Origin: Emiliania huxleyi CCMP1516
Lineage: Eukaryota
Assembly: GCF_000372725.1 (NCBI RefSeq)
Contig: NW_005201249.1
Coordinates: 210,198-274,197, forward strand
Length of the DNA: 64,000 nucleotides
Reading direction: 5' to 3'
Part shown: positions 10,990-22,249 of the stretch, one piece after another
Layout of the letters: every line of letters starts with the position of its first letter
How positions within the stretch are numbered: position 1 is the stretch's first letter
Position numbers and translations under genes: made by a program
Notes under the pieces: model-generated
What the model was told of the DNA's origin: nothing
Databases searched by the model: none
Seen by the model: only the letters and a program-made list of their open reading frames with translations

Positions 10990-12180
10990 AAACTTTGCTA
11001 CGAGGCCCCACGTCGGCGGGGACCTCGATGGTGGACGCCTCAGCCCCTCCTGAACTGGCGGCGGCAGGCGTGTTGGGCGCGGCGCGCCATGCGGCGTAGA
11101 CGGCGGGGCAGGCTGAGCGGGGGTGTCACGGCGAGCACCGGCGGTCGGAGGGACGAACATTGCGCTCATCCGGCCCTGGGGTCCTTCGGCGATGTGGCAT
11201 CAGCGGGGCCGGCGCGTACGGGCGGAGCAGAGGTAGACTCGGCAATTCCGCTGTCGGGCGGAAGCGATTCGCTGCTGGGAAACCAAGAGTATCGATGCCC
11301 CTTGAGTCCAGGGAACTGATCTTCCCAAACGCGAATTTTGGCGACGACCTGGATGACCTTGGACGCAAACAAATACACGACGCGTCCAGGGCTGACTTCA
11401 GAAGGTCCGAGGTAGAGGCCCATGCCACCGCGGTCAGCAAAGTGGCGATCGCCCTCACGACGAGGCACAGGGATAACGGCAGCGCACAAGCAACCAAAGG
11501 CGTATACGTTCTCGACGGATGGCAGCATACGACTGAGGAGGTGAAAGGGCGATCGCAAATTACGCGTCGATCGTGGGAGGCGATTCTGCAACCATGCAGT
11601 TGTCTGCAGTGCAAACGGATGAAACGTAGGCGGCAAATTGGCGGCGGCGAGGAGTACTCGAGCAAAGAAAGAAAGAAAGACTTTGGACAACCCAAGGGAG
11701 AGTACCGCCCGCTCCGCCGCCGTCGCCGCCGCCACCGCCGCCGCCCGGTGGGGGGTCTCCCCCGTCGGGCTGTGCGGCGGGCTGTGCGGCTTGAGCCTCG
11801 AGCCGCTCGAGCCGCTTGCGTGGAAGCACTCGCAGCTCCTCGGCCGAGTCCACGGGAGCGGGAGGCGCGGCTGGGGCCCCGTCGGTGCCCCCGCCAGCCC
11901 CCGAGGGGGGGGGCTCCTGCCCAGAGCCATCCTTTGCCTCTGCGGGCCGTTCGTCTTGGTCAGCGTCGGAAGCGCGCTTCGGCGCGGATTTGCCCATATC
12001 GTTGGGCGCACGGAGGGAAGGAGAGGTGGGCTCCTGCCCGAGAGGTCGCGGGACCTGCGCAGAGCTCGCTCTGCGTGATGCCGCTCGAGCTTGGGCGTGC
12101 ACGCAAGACGCGCAAGCAAGAGCAAACAACTGGGAAGTTCACAGCTGAAGTTTACCCAGAGAACTCCGTTCGCACCCATA
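10990..12180 (-). mobile_element. Internally deleted Ty1/copia relic: integrase C-terminus and SH3-like domain, with a possible gag start
   Basis: ARVLLAAANLPPTFHPFALQTTAWLQNRLP...SPFHLL...YAFGCLC...GLYLGPS...VVY...IRVWEDQFPG matches the copia post-core integrase consensus (~11680-11290). No RT or LTR pair was seen. Confidence 0.75.
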
Positions 12181-12650
12181 CCGTCGGGTACTTATTTTAA
12201 GACGAGGTAAACAGCAATAGATCCGGCCCTCAAGCGGCCTAATCGATACCCAGCCCTCACGGAATTGGTCCCTCGTTGTACAGCAATCGATCCTTCACAG
12301 TGCCCGTCCTGCCAACTTGCTGAGAATCGGTCCCCCAGGTCACCTGTGGCGCGAAGCTGATGTCTCCCGCCCTCGGCGCGCCCAACGCGCAGCGGCGGCA
12401 GACCACCCTCCGGTTCGAGGGGCGCCTGGGGCTGAGCGGGCTGCCTCCGCCAGAGTTTGGCTCGCCCACCGGCGGGCTGTCACCCTGCCACGGGTCGCAA
12501 GCCCTCTGCCGGCCGGAGCGCAGGCTGCGCGGGCTTCCAGCAATTGGTCCCTTGGCAAGCGCGAATCGGTCCCCCTGGCTCCAGGAACTGATCCGGCACT
12601 GCACGAGGATCTATTGCTGTTTACCTCGTCTTAAAATAAGTACGCGACGG
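12181..12650. mobile_element. 470-bp Tc1/mariner/pogo-type MITE with 44-bp TIRs and a TA TSD
   Basis: 12181-12224 CCGTCGGGTACTTATTTTAAGACGAGGTAAACAGCAATAGATCC matches the reverse complement of 12607-12650 with 1 mismatch; TA at 12179-12180 and 12651-12652. Confidence 0.9.
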
Positions 12651-12721
12651 TACTCGAGTAGGCGCCGGCTTTCCACCGGCATTGCCCATCTTTCGCCGAT
12701 CTGCTGCCCCCGCCGGCGGCG

Positions 12722-15700
12722 ATGGCGGACAGCAGCGCGCCTGGCGCGCCGGCAGTGCCGTCGGATGGCACGGCTGGTCGGCTGCGTCCACCCGCAGCCG
12801 GGGTGCGCGCTCGCCCTGATGCCGCGTCGTCGCCGCTCACGAACGCCCTCCTGAAGCGCCCTGCCGACCGGCCAGCCGGCGAGCACGAGCGCGCAGCTTC
12901 TCGATCCCGCGGCGCAGCGCCGCGGATGGATGCCCTCGGGTCGGTGGAGAAGGACCCGGGCGCGTCCGCCTCGACCCGCACCGCTGAGGCGCCAGCAGTT
13001 GCGGCGCGGCAGACTCGCGCCAATTCGGCGCAGCTCGCCTTGGAGCCCATCGCGCTCTCAAATCGCCTCGAAACCATGCTCCTCGGCAACCATCCCGTCC
13101 CTGCACCTTCCAACGAGGTGAGCGTCGCCAGCGAGGTCTCCAACAGCATCATTCTCGTCGCGAAAGCTGCCGTCGACGCGCTCTTTTCGTCGCCGCAGCG
13201 CGCTGCGCTGATGGCTCTCGGGCTGCGGGACCTCAAACCGGCTGCGCTGGCGTATCTCGTGTGGGACCTCCGCGGCGTGCTGGCGGGCGCGCGCCACGAC
13301 CAGGCGGTCGCTGCGGCCTCGGTCCGTTTCCGGCGGAGTGGGAGCCGCGGCTCGGTGGCCTTGCTCCTGCTGCTTCCATTCCTCCCGGTGGCTCGGGCTG
13401 GCACCTCACCTTCGCCCCCTTTTCCTCTACGGTCGCCACCGTTGCTGCCCCCGTTGCTGCCTCCTGCTCCGCCCCCGCTGCTGCCTCCTGCTCCGCCATA
13501 TCTGCCATCTCCGCCCTCACCTCCGCCCTCGCACCCGCTCGCATACTACACCATCACCACGACGCCGGGATCGTGGCCTAGCGAGGCGAGCTGGGACCTC
13601 TGGTGCGGCGGCGAAGTCGTCCTCTCATCGGCGCCCTACACCGGCTCAGACCAGGCTAGCGGAGAGCCTTTCCAGACCGAGTACGGCGTCTCCCTCTCGC
13701 CCGGCGTCGAGTGCGAGCTCCACATGTACGACTCGTACGGCGACGGCTGGAACGGCGCTAGCTGGTCGGGCCTCGGGCAAGAGGGCCTGACCTTTGCCGC
13801 TGGGCTTGAGGAGAGGAAGTACTTTGTGGTGCCGTTTGCGCCGCCCTCCCCGCCGCCGTCACCGCCGTCGCCACCGCCGCTCCCGCCGCAGCTGCCGCCG
13901 CCGCCGCTCTCTCCGCTGCCTCCGCTCCTCCCCGGCGAGGCCGTCGCCCACACGCCTCAAGACATCCAGGACGAGATCAACGAAGCCGTGGACCAGGGCC
14001 GCAACGCGACCGTCTACGTCCCGCCGGGCGCCAGCCTTGCCTTCAAGAGCGACGTCGAATGTGACGGCAACATCCACCTCTCGGTCCGGAGCAGCGGGGA
14101 GGGCGCGACGCTCGACGGCAAGAAGAACTCCCGCATGTTTTATATCAAACAAGGCTGCAGCCTCTACCTGGAGGCGCTGCACTTTGTGGACGGGCGTGGC
14201 GTTTATGGTGGCGCGGTGGAGGCGCGTAACGCTGGCGACATCGCGATGAAGGACGTGTCCTTCACGGGCTGCGAGGCTGACCTGGTGCGTCTGGCCCTCT
14301 CTCCCACGCACCGCTTGGCCTCGCTAGCCCTCGCCATCCACGAGAGAAGGAATGGATGCCCCTTGAGTCGCATGCCGCGCTGTGGCTGGCTTGGCCGCCC
14401 CTCACCCGCTGACGCCCCGCTGCCCCCTCTCGCGCAGCACGGCGGAGCTATGTTTGTGCACCTCAGTGGCGATGTCTCGATGGAGAGTGCCGGCTTCAGC
14501 TCGTGCACGTCTGCCAAGGTGCGCCAAAGCATCCGTGTTACACCACACAAACACTCATGCCGGGGAAGGGAGAAAACTCGGCGGCCCGGGAAAGGGAAAT
14601 AGAACGGGCCGTTCTGGGCCAGGGGGTCCGCCCACTGACGCCCCGCTTGCACGGCGCCCTCGTGCAGTCCGGCGGAGCTATGAAGGTGGTCAACAGCGGC
14701 GACGTCTTCATGAATGGTGCCAACTTCAGCGAGTGCACGGCTTCCTATGTGCGCCCACCCACGCACGCCCGCAAGCCATCAAGGCCAGGGGGTGGGGAAA
14801 GGCTCGCTAACGGGCACCGCCCTCTCTTGCTTGCTGACGCCCTCCCCGCCTGTGCCTGCCCGCCCTCGCGCAGGACGGCGCAGCTATGTACGTGCTCGGC
14901 AGCGGTGACGTCTCGCTGGAGGGTGCCAGTTTTGTCGGTTGCGCGGCTGACAATCAAGCGGTGCCGCGCGCCCCCTCCAAGGAGGGTGCACACACCGAAA
15001 CGGGAGACCAGTCTGTGTTCTTGTGTAGGCTCTTTATCTCCTCAGTATCGAGCGCCTAGCTCTCACCAACTCGCAGTTTGTCGACAACATCGCGAGCCAA
15101 ACCCCCGCTGCGCTCTTCTTCTCCTCCCGCATCGCTGCCTCCGACTCGATCCTCCGCAACACGACCTTCTTCGGCAACTCTGCGCCAGGCAACATCACAA
15201 TCCTCGCCGCCTCGCCTCTAACGTGGGACTGCCCGCTCGGCTCTTGGATGCCGAACGTCGGCCAGCTCGTCGGCGACTTGTCCGGCTGCAACAGGCTTTG
15301 CGCCGAGGGTCACTACGGGAGCGCGTCGAACCACATCACCTCCGATTGCAGCGGCCCCTGCTGGCTCGGGCATTTCTGCCCAGAGGGATCCGTCCTCCCA
15401 CAGAAGTGCCCCGCCGGCACCCACATGCCCAACAGGTGGGCGGCGAACGTTTCGGACTGCTTCCTCTGCGGCCCCGGCCAGTACCAGCCAGAGAGCGGCC
15501 AGGAGGAGTGCTTGCCTTGCGCTGCGGGTTCCTTCTCCCGCGACGTGGGCAGCGCCGTCTGCGAAGCCTGCCCAAAGGGCGGCTTCTGCGAGGACGCGGG
15601 CGCCGCCTCTCGCCTTGTCTGGCAGGCCTGTCCCGCGGGCAGCTTCAACCCGAACAGAGGCTCCAGCTCGAGCGCGGCGTGCGAGCTGTGCCCCATCGGC

Positions 15701-18700
15701 ATGTCGAGCGCGGCACCAGGGGCGGAGGGCAGCGAGACGTGCTCGCCCTGTGAGCCCGGCACCGTCGCCGCCACGCCTGGCCTCGCCAAGTGCGAGCGTT
15801 GTGAGCCCGGCAGCTTTTCCGGCGCCGGCAGCGACTTTTGCAGCGATTGCGCTGCAGGCACCTACGCCGCCAACCCCGGTTCGGGAGAGTGCATGCGCTG
15901 CCCTCACCCCCTTAGTAGTGGCCGCGGCAGCGTCACCTGCTCCGTCTGCCAGAAGGACTTCTACCTGCTCAAGAGCGCCGACCCGGCCGAGATCTATTCC
16001 TCCCCGACCGACTACTGCAAGCCGTGCCCGCCAAACGCCGACTGCAGCTCGCCCAACACCACTCTCGAGGCCCTTGGCGTCCCAACCGGCTACTGGCGCG
16101 CGAGCCTCTCCAGCGCCGTGTTGACTGAGTGCCGCCTCTTTGGCGGCGATGCCAAGGCCGGAAAGAAGCGATGCGCCGGCAGCGAGCCGGTAGACGATTC
16201 TCGCCGCCGGAGGATGGAGGAGGTTGGCTCGGACGCGTACTGCGCTCCCGGCTTCATCGGCCCCGAGTGCGAGCTCTGCGCCGCGGAGTACCACTACCTC
16301 GCCGACGGCGACGAGTGTAAGGAGTGCGCTCCGCGCGGCGTGTCGGCGGCACTCATCGCCGGCATCGTCTTCGTCCTCTGCGCCGCGTGCGGCCTCGCGG
16401 CGTGGGCCTACAGCGAGACGGGCTGGCGGAAGAAGGCCTACATCGGCCGTCTGCTCCGCTTCGCAGACCGTGCCGTCTACTGGTACGTTGGCGTCGGGCT
16501 GACGGCAAAGCTGAAGATCCTCTTCGGCTTCTATCAGATCTGCACCGTCTTGTCCTCCACCTACTCCGCGCGGCTGCCGGAGGAGTACACTGGCTGGACC
16601 GACCGGCTGGCCAACGCGATGTCCATCGACTGGTCAGGCGTCTTCCTGCCGGAGCAGTGCCTCGGCTACGGTATGCGACTCCTCGCCATTGCTCTCTCGC
16701 CCGTCGCCCTCATCGCACTGCTAATGGGAACGGGAATTGCGCTGCGGCTCCACTACTGGCGTGCCGCACCGCCACCGCGCGAGAGATCGTGGTTCGCAGA
16801 GGCGGCCCTCGGCCTCCTCGACCTCACGCCGGCCGGCCTCGTGCTCGTCTTCTGCTTCGTGCCCTCAATCAGCGCCTCCATCTTCCGCTCGTGGTCGTGC
16901 CAGGCGCCCTCGCGGCTGATGACTGCCGTTGCTCACAACTCCCACCCCTCAGTCTTTGCGATGTTCTACTGATAGGCCTACACCGTCTCTCCGCCGAACG
17001 AGCCCCTGGAGCAGGTCTCCTACATGCGGCAGGACGCGAGCATCGAGTGCGGCACCGAGGATCACGAGTCCATCACCGACGTCGCCATCGGTCTCATCGT
17101 CCTCTGGCCCGTCGGCTCGCTGGTCCTCTTCACGTCGCTCCTCGCCGCCTGCTACAAGCCGCTGCAGGCCAAGACGCCGAATGCTCTGACGCGTGCCACC
17201 GCCTTCCTCCACCGGGAGTACGAGACGACCTATTTCTGGTGGGAGGCGGTCGAGCTGGCGCGCAAGCTCGTGCTCACGGGCTTTGTGTTGCTGATACCGG
17301 AGGAGAACGCCTTTCTTCGCCTCGTGGTGGCGACCCTAGTCTGCTCGTGCTACGCCGTCGCACTTGCCGTCGTGCGGCCGTACAAGCGGGTCGGCGACGA
17401 CGTGCTAGCCGTCGCCACAAGCCTCGTGCTCCTCCTCCTCTTCCTTGGCGCCAACTGGACCACCATTTTCCTCGGCATTGAGGAGCGACACCCCGACACA
17501 GAGGAGGCCGCCGCCATCCTCGGCTTCGGCAAGCTGAACGGCGTCGTCAACTCGATGCTCGTCCTCGTCGCCGTGACGCTCCTCTTCTTCCTCATCGGCG
17601 CCGTCGTCGCCGCCCGCCGCGTCGCCATGATCCCCACGATCCAGCTCGCCTCGACTAAGCAGCCCCCCGAGCTGGACATCGGGACCGGCATCACATGGCA
17701 CTTGTTCCTCTCGCACATCTGGTGCGTCACGCAGCTAGTGAGGATGATCAAGCCAGGCCGCATCGAACTCCACCCCCGACCATGCAGGTCGACCGGTCAA
17801 GACGCCGTCGGAAACATCAAGAGCGAGCTGCAGCTGCTGGTGCCGGGCCTCAAGATCTTTCTCGACGCGCGCACAGGCTCAGCCGCGCTGCTTTAGCTAC
17901 ACACAGCCCTTCTGACGCACCGCGGTTTGCGCACAGGTAGATAATCTCAAGGATATTGGGGCGCTCGAGGAGTACATCCAACGCTCGCAAATGATCCTCT
18001 TCTTCCTCTCGTGTGGCTACTTCCGCTCCAAGGCGCGCTCTCGCCGCCCTGAGTGTCCCGCGCTCGGGATCCTCTGGCTCTCAACGCACCCGAGTCTGCT
18101 GCGCCCCTCGACACTCCCCACGGCTCACCGCCCGCCTGCTTGCGTGCCACCAGAACTGCCTCCGCGAGATCCGCTCGTCGCTCGAGCAGAGCAAGCCGAT
18201 CGTCCTCGTCCAAGAGGCGGACCCGGCCAAGGGCGGCGGGACGCTGCAGGTGCTGCGCGGCGAATGCCCGGAGGACCTGCAGCCGGACATCTTTGAAAAG
18301 GGCTGGACGCACACCATCTACATGCGAATTGAGGAGTTCCAGCGCGTCTCGCTCAAGACCATCGTCGAGGCGCAGCGGGGCACAGCCGCAGTCCTCTCGT
18401 CCCTCCCAAGACCTTAGCCACGGCACCCTTGAACCGCAGGCGGTGCTCCTCAGCTCACCCAACTACCTTGACCGGACCTCCCTCCCGCTCTGCGTGCCGG
18501 GCGAGCCCGAGAGCCAGTCGCTCGCCTTTGCCAAGGCAACCCTCCTCTGGGCCTCGCCGGCCAACGCGGGCGCACAGGCCTTGGCTGACGAGATTGCCGA
18601 CGCCTTTGCCGGTCTCACGATCTCCACCGCCGAGGCGCCCGGGCCAGCGACCCACATGCTGCTCTACCTCAACGAGGACAGCTATTGGNNNNNNNNNNNN

Positions 18701-19074
18701 NNNNNNNNNNNNNNNNNNNNNNNNNNNNNNNNNNNNNNNNNNNNNNNNNNNNNNNNNNNNNNNNNNNNNNNNNNNNNNNNNNNNNNNNCACCGGAAGGCG
18801 CCCTGTCCGGCTCGCTTTGCGCGCATCGAGCTTTCGTGACGAGGGGCGTCCGTGTCCGCAGGTGTCGCTCGTGCTTCTGGCAAAGAGCCTCGGCGCGACC
18901 CCCGCTCGGTCGCGGGCGGAACTCCTTTCGGGCAGCATCGCCGAGCGCGGCAGCCTCGCAGGGCGCAGCCTTGGCGGCCTCAGCCGGGTGTTCGCCAAGA
19001 TGAGCAGCCGCAGCTCTGCGGAGGCGCGCGACGTCTCTGGAGGCGAGGAGGCGTCGGTGCAGCAGCAGGTCTGA
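12722..19074 (+). CDS. Giant multi-exon membrane receptor: Pro-rich stalk, GGA beta-helix repeats, GCC2/GCC3-type Cys-rich repeats, multipass TM domain and cytosolic TIR domain
   Basis: DSYGDGWNG module; GGA-x-F repeats; CPAGT/CAAGSF repeats (15300-16330); TM block with FLHREYETTYFWWEAVELARK; spliced TIR WHLFLSHIWSTGQD...KIFLDVDNLKDIGALEEYIQRSQMILFFLSCGYFRSKNCLREI. The model crosses the N gap and its start codon is uncertain. Confidence 0.85.
18689..18788. other. Assembly gap (100 N)
   Basis: Run of N. Confidence 1.
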
Positions 19075-19249
19075 TCGGTTGCGCGATGTCGTGCGCAAAA
19101 CGTGCGGCGCGGCGATGACCTGCAAACACGGGACGATTAGTAGAGCTAGCTCGCACATGGAGCATCCGTGGGATGTATGTGCGCGGTGCAGTCCCGTGCC
19201 TAGTTTTTTGAGGGAGCGGAAATTCTTTTGTGATTTGTGTATTCGCGTT

Positions 19250-19620
19250 TAGAGCTGTTTAACATTAACTTTGGGCCTAACAGTTGCGCTAGTGTTGGGT
19301 GAAATCCTTAACGTTGTTCAAGTGTTCACCCCAGCTCATGCTGTTACTGTTTTTGTTACTGTTGTTACTGTTGTTCAGCGGTCAGCAAGCAGAAAATGCC
19401 AAAAAAACCGGGTAAAACCCGAAAAACCTGGGGTTTTCCGGGTATTTTCGGGTATTACCCGCACTGGACGCTGGAGATCGTCGTGGGTCACTGCCAGGCC
19501 TTCCTTATTGTTGTTCAGCCGGCCTAACGTTAGCTACTGTTGTTGGGGAGCCCCACTGTTGTTCTGTTGTTACTGTTAACACTAGCAACACTGTTCAGCT
19601 CCCAACGTTAAACAGCTCTA
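19250..19620. mobile_element. 371-bp hAT-type MITE with an 8-bp TSD
   Basis: TIR TAGAGCTGTTTAAC at both ends; TTCGCGTT duplicated at 19242-19249 and 19621-19628; subterminal GTTACTGTT repeats. Confidence 0.9.
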
Positions 19621-20431
19621 TTCGCGTTATCGAAGGGGCGGCGGGCGGGGTGGGGGGCATCCAGAAAGAAAGAAATAAACAGTAAGTCCCAGCTTGCGTC
19701 TCTGCGGTGCATCAGCAGGTCTGATCAGTTCGTGTCATCGCGGGTTTTGCAGCTCCGCAGCCTGCGCGCGCTGCCGGTAGTGGGGGAAATGGCTCAGTCT
19801 GCGAATAAAATTTTTCTGGGCCGCTCTTCTGGGCAGGTACGAGCTTAGAACTAAGGCTTAGTGCTTACTTCCTCTTGATCACAGCGGATTTTGGTCACAA
19901 TTTTCACATCACCGCAGAGACGCAACGCGCTCAAAAAGTAGCAGGAATGGCTTAGAAGGCTCCAAAGGGGCTCCCAGCCACTAAATGTGTCCGCCCGGCC
20001 ACTGAAAACGGACTCCGGCAAGCACTTTGTCCTGCCACGCGCACGCGCGCACACGCGCACTCACTCCCCTTGTTCTCTCTCTCTCTCTCAAATCGGAGGG
20101 TCGGTCTACGCAGCGGGCTTCGTGAATGAACTAAAGCGGCCCAACGTTTTGGTTTCATCAAGTTGCGCCAGATAGGGAGTGTGCCACGCGCCAGCTCCGT
20201 CCGACCGCGAGCGAGGGGCGGTCGGTCGGTGGGTGCTGGGTGGGCGCGGGGTGGCATCAACAAGTCGAATTTTTTGGGGCTCAGCGAAGAGTATACCAAA
20301 CTTCGCAGTTCATCAAGTATCGCCGATGAGCTGCCAAGATTGATCAGTCGCAGACACAATTAAACAACGTCGTCTAACATGGGGCGCCCGTCGCCGACCT
20401 GTGTCATATCTTTGCAGTCGCAACCACACTT

Positions 20432-22249
20432 ATGTCTAGGGTTCGGCGCGCGCTCACGCAGCTCGCCCTCGCGGCCATTACTGTTTCGCCGAGTGCCGCC
20501 GACGGACTCTATCGTCTCGCCGAGGCGTACTGCGATGGGGACGACTTGACGGACTACGTGTACCTTGGCGACGAAGCGGCTCGTCATCAGTGCAGCATCG
20601 ACTCGGGCTGCAGCGGCGTCACCTGCGCGGTGAGTCGGGGAACGGGGATCGACGGCTACTGCAAGCTCAAGTCGACGGTCTATTCGGCCGCAAACGGGGA
20701 CAGCCGATTCTACTGCCTCGCGAAATGCTCTGCGATTCCCGGCCCACTCTGCACCCCGCCCTCGCCGCCCTCACCGCCGCCGCCGTCCCCGCCGCCACCA
20801 CCGCCGCCGCCCTCACCGCCGCCGCCGTCGCCGCCACCACCACCGCCGCTGCCGCCGCCGTCCCCGCCGCCGCCACCGCCGTTGCCGCCGCCGTCCCCGC
20901 CGCCGCCACCGCCGCTGCCCCCGCCGCCCCCGCCGCCGCCAAATCCGTGGATTTTGGGATCCCCGGGCATGATTTGCGACGATGTCTGCGACTTGGTTGG
21001 ACTCACGTGCAATGCCGCGATGCAAAGCACGATTAACACGGAGGAGCTCATTCGTGAGACGGTGCGAAACGCTCAGAACGGGGCCGAATGCAAGCCCGAT
21101 TCTATCTCGTCAAGATCGTACGCTGGCACCCCGTATATGACCATTCAGTACAACTCGATGCATTGCACATACTTTGTACCGGGATCAGGAGATGATGCGC
21201 TGTCAAGTTGCACCGGCAACTTGTATGCGTGGCATCGGCCTTTGTGCTACTGCTCGCCGACGCCGCCCCAGTCGCCGCCGCCTCCCTCGGCATCGCCGTC
21301 GCCGCCGCCTCCCTCGTCGCCTCCCTCCCCGCCGCCGCCGCCGCCGCCGCCTCCCCCGCCGCCGCCCTCACCGCCGCCGCCGCCGCCGCCGCCTCCCCCC
21401 CCGCCGCCCTCACCGCCGCCGCCCTCCCCGCCACCACCACCGCCGCCGCCCTCACCGCCGCCGCCGTCCCCGCCACCACCACCGCCGCTGCCGCCGCCGT
21501 CCCCGCCGCCGCCACCGCCGTTGCCGCCGCCGTCCCCGCCGCCGCCACCGCCGCTGCCCCCGCCGCCCCCGCCGCCGCCACCGTCCCCGCCGCCGCCACC
21601 GCCGCTGCCGCCGCCGTCCCCGCCACCACCGCCGCCGCCTCCGAGCCTGCCATCGGGCATATCAAGCGACTGCGCTGCTGCAGCCAGCAACGGCTGCCTC
21701 GACGACTGCTGCTCTTGGACATACTGCGCTGACGCACCCGATGACAATTGTGAGTATGGGAATATTCCAGCCAAGTGCCTCTCAGCACAGCCACAGCATG
21801 GCGGAGGAACTGGGGAATGTGTCGCCCAGCTGCCACTATCAGACCACCCAACATTCGCGTACAGTCTGAGCTGCTGCACACCGCCGCCGCCCTTGCCGCC
21901 GCCCTCGCCGCCCCCGCCCTCGCCGCCGCCGCCCTCGCCGCCACCAGCCTCGCCGCCGCCGCCCACCCCGCCGCCTCCCTCTCCGCTGCCACCACCCTCG
22001 CTGCCGCCATCATCACCACGGCCATCCCCCACCCCGCCGCCGCCCCCCACCCCATCGCCGCCCTCTCCGCCGCCACCATCACCCAAGCCCTCTCCGCCGG
22101 CGCCACCACCGCCGCCGCCGCCGCCATCAAAGCCGCCGTTTCCCGAGCCCTCGCCACCGCCACTCCCCCCGTGTGACGTGTCCGAGCTATTGGAGGACGC
22201 GCCGGCGGGCGCCGACACCATCTACGTGAGCACCTACTCTGTGGCCTAA
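20432..22249 (+). CDS. Secreted extensin-like (SPPPP) protein with three Cys-rich modules
   Basis: Signal-peptide-like N-terminus; long Ser-Pro(n) tracts separate Cys-rich domains such as WILGSPGMICDDVC...RPLCYC. The 3' end may be extended by splicing. Confidence 0.8.
   Translation: MSRVRRALTQLALAAITVSPSAADGLYRLAEAYCDGDDLTDYVYLGDEAARHQCSIDSGCSGVTCAVSRGTGIDGYCKLKSTVYSAANGDSRFYCLAKCSAIPGPLCTPPSPPSPPPPSPPPPPPPPSPPPPSPPPPPPLPPPSPPPPPPLPPPSPPPPPPLPPPPPPPPNPWILGSPGMICDDVCDLVGLTCNAAMQSTINTEELIRETVRNAQNGAECKPDSISSRSYAGTPYMTIQYNSMHCTYFVPGSGDDALSSCTGNLYAWHRPLCYCSPTPPQSPPPPSASPSPPPPSSPPSPPPPPPPPPPPPPSPPPPPPPPPPPPPSPPPPSPPPPPPPPSPPPPSPPPPPPLPPPSPPPPPPLPPPSPPPPPPLPPPPPPPPPSPPPPPPLPPPSPPPPPPPPSLPSGISSDCAAAASNGCLDDCCSWTYCADAPDDNCEYGNIPAKCLSAQPQHGGGTGECVAQLPLSDHPTFAYSLSCCTPPPPLPPPSPPPPSPPPPSPPPASPPPPTPPPPSPLPPPSLPPSSPRPSPTPPPPPTPSPPSPPPPSPKPSPPAPPPPPPPPSKPPFPEPSPPPLPPCDVSELLEDAPAGADTIYVSTYSVA

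Noticed and set aside
20266..20280. Sm-site-like AATTTTTTGG
   Set aside because: No recognisable snRNA or spliced-leader sequence around it.
21247..22221. Long poly-Gly and poly-Ala ORFs on other frames
   Set aside because: They are shadows of the SPPPP gene; most Arg/Ala/Pro-rich ORFs in the track are GC-content artefacts.
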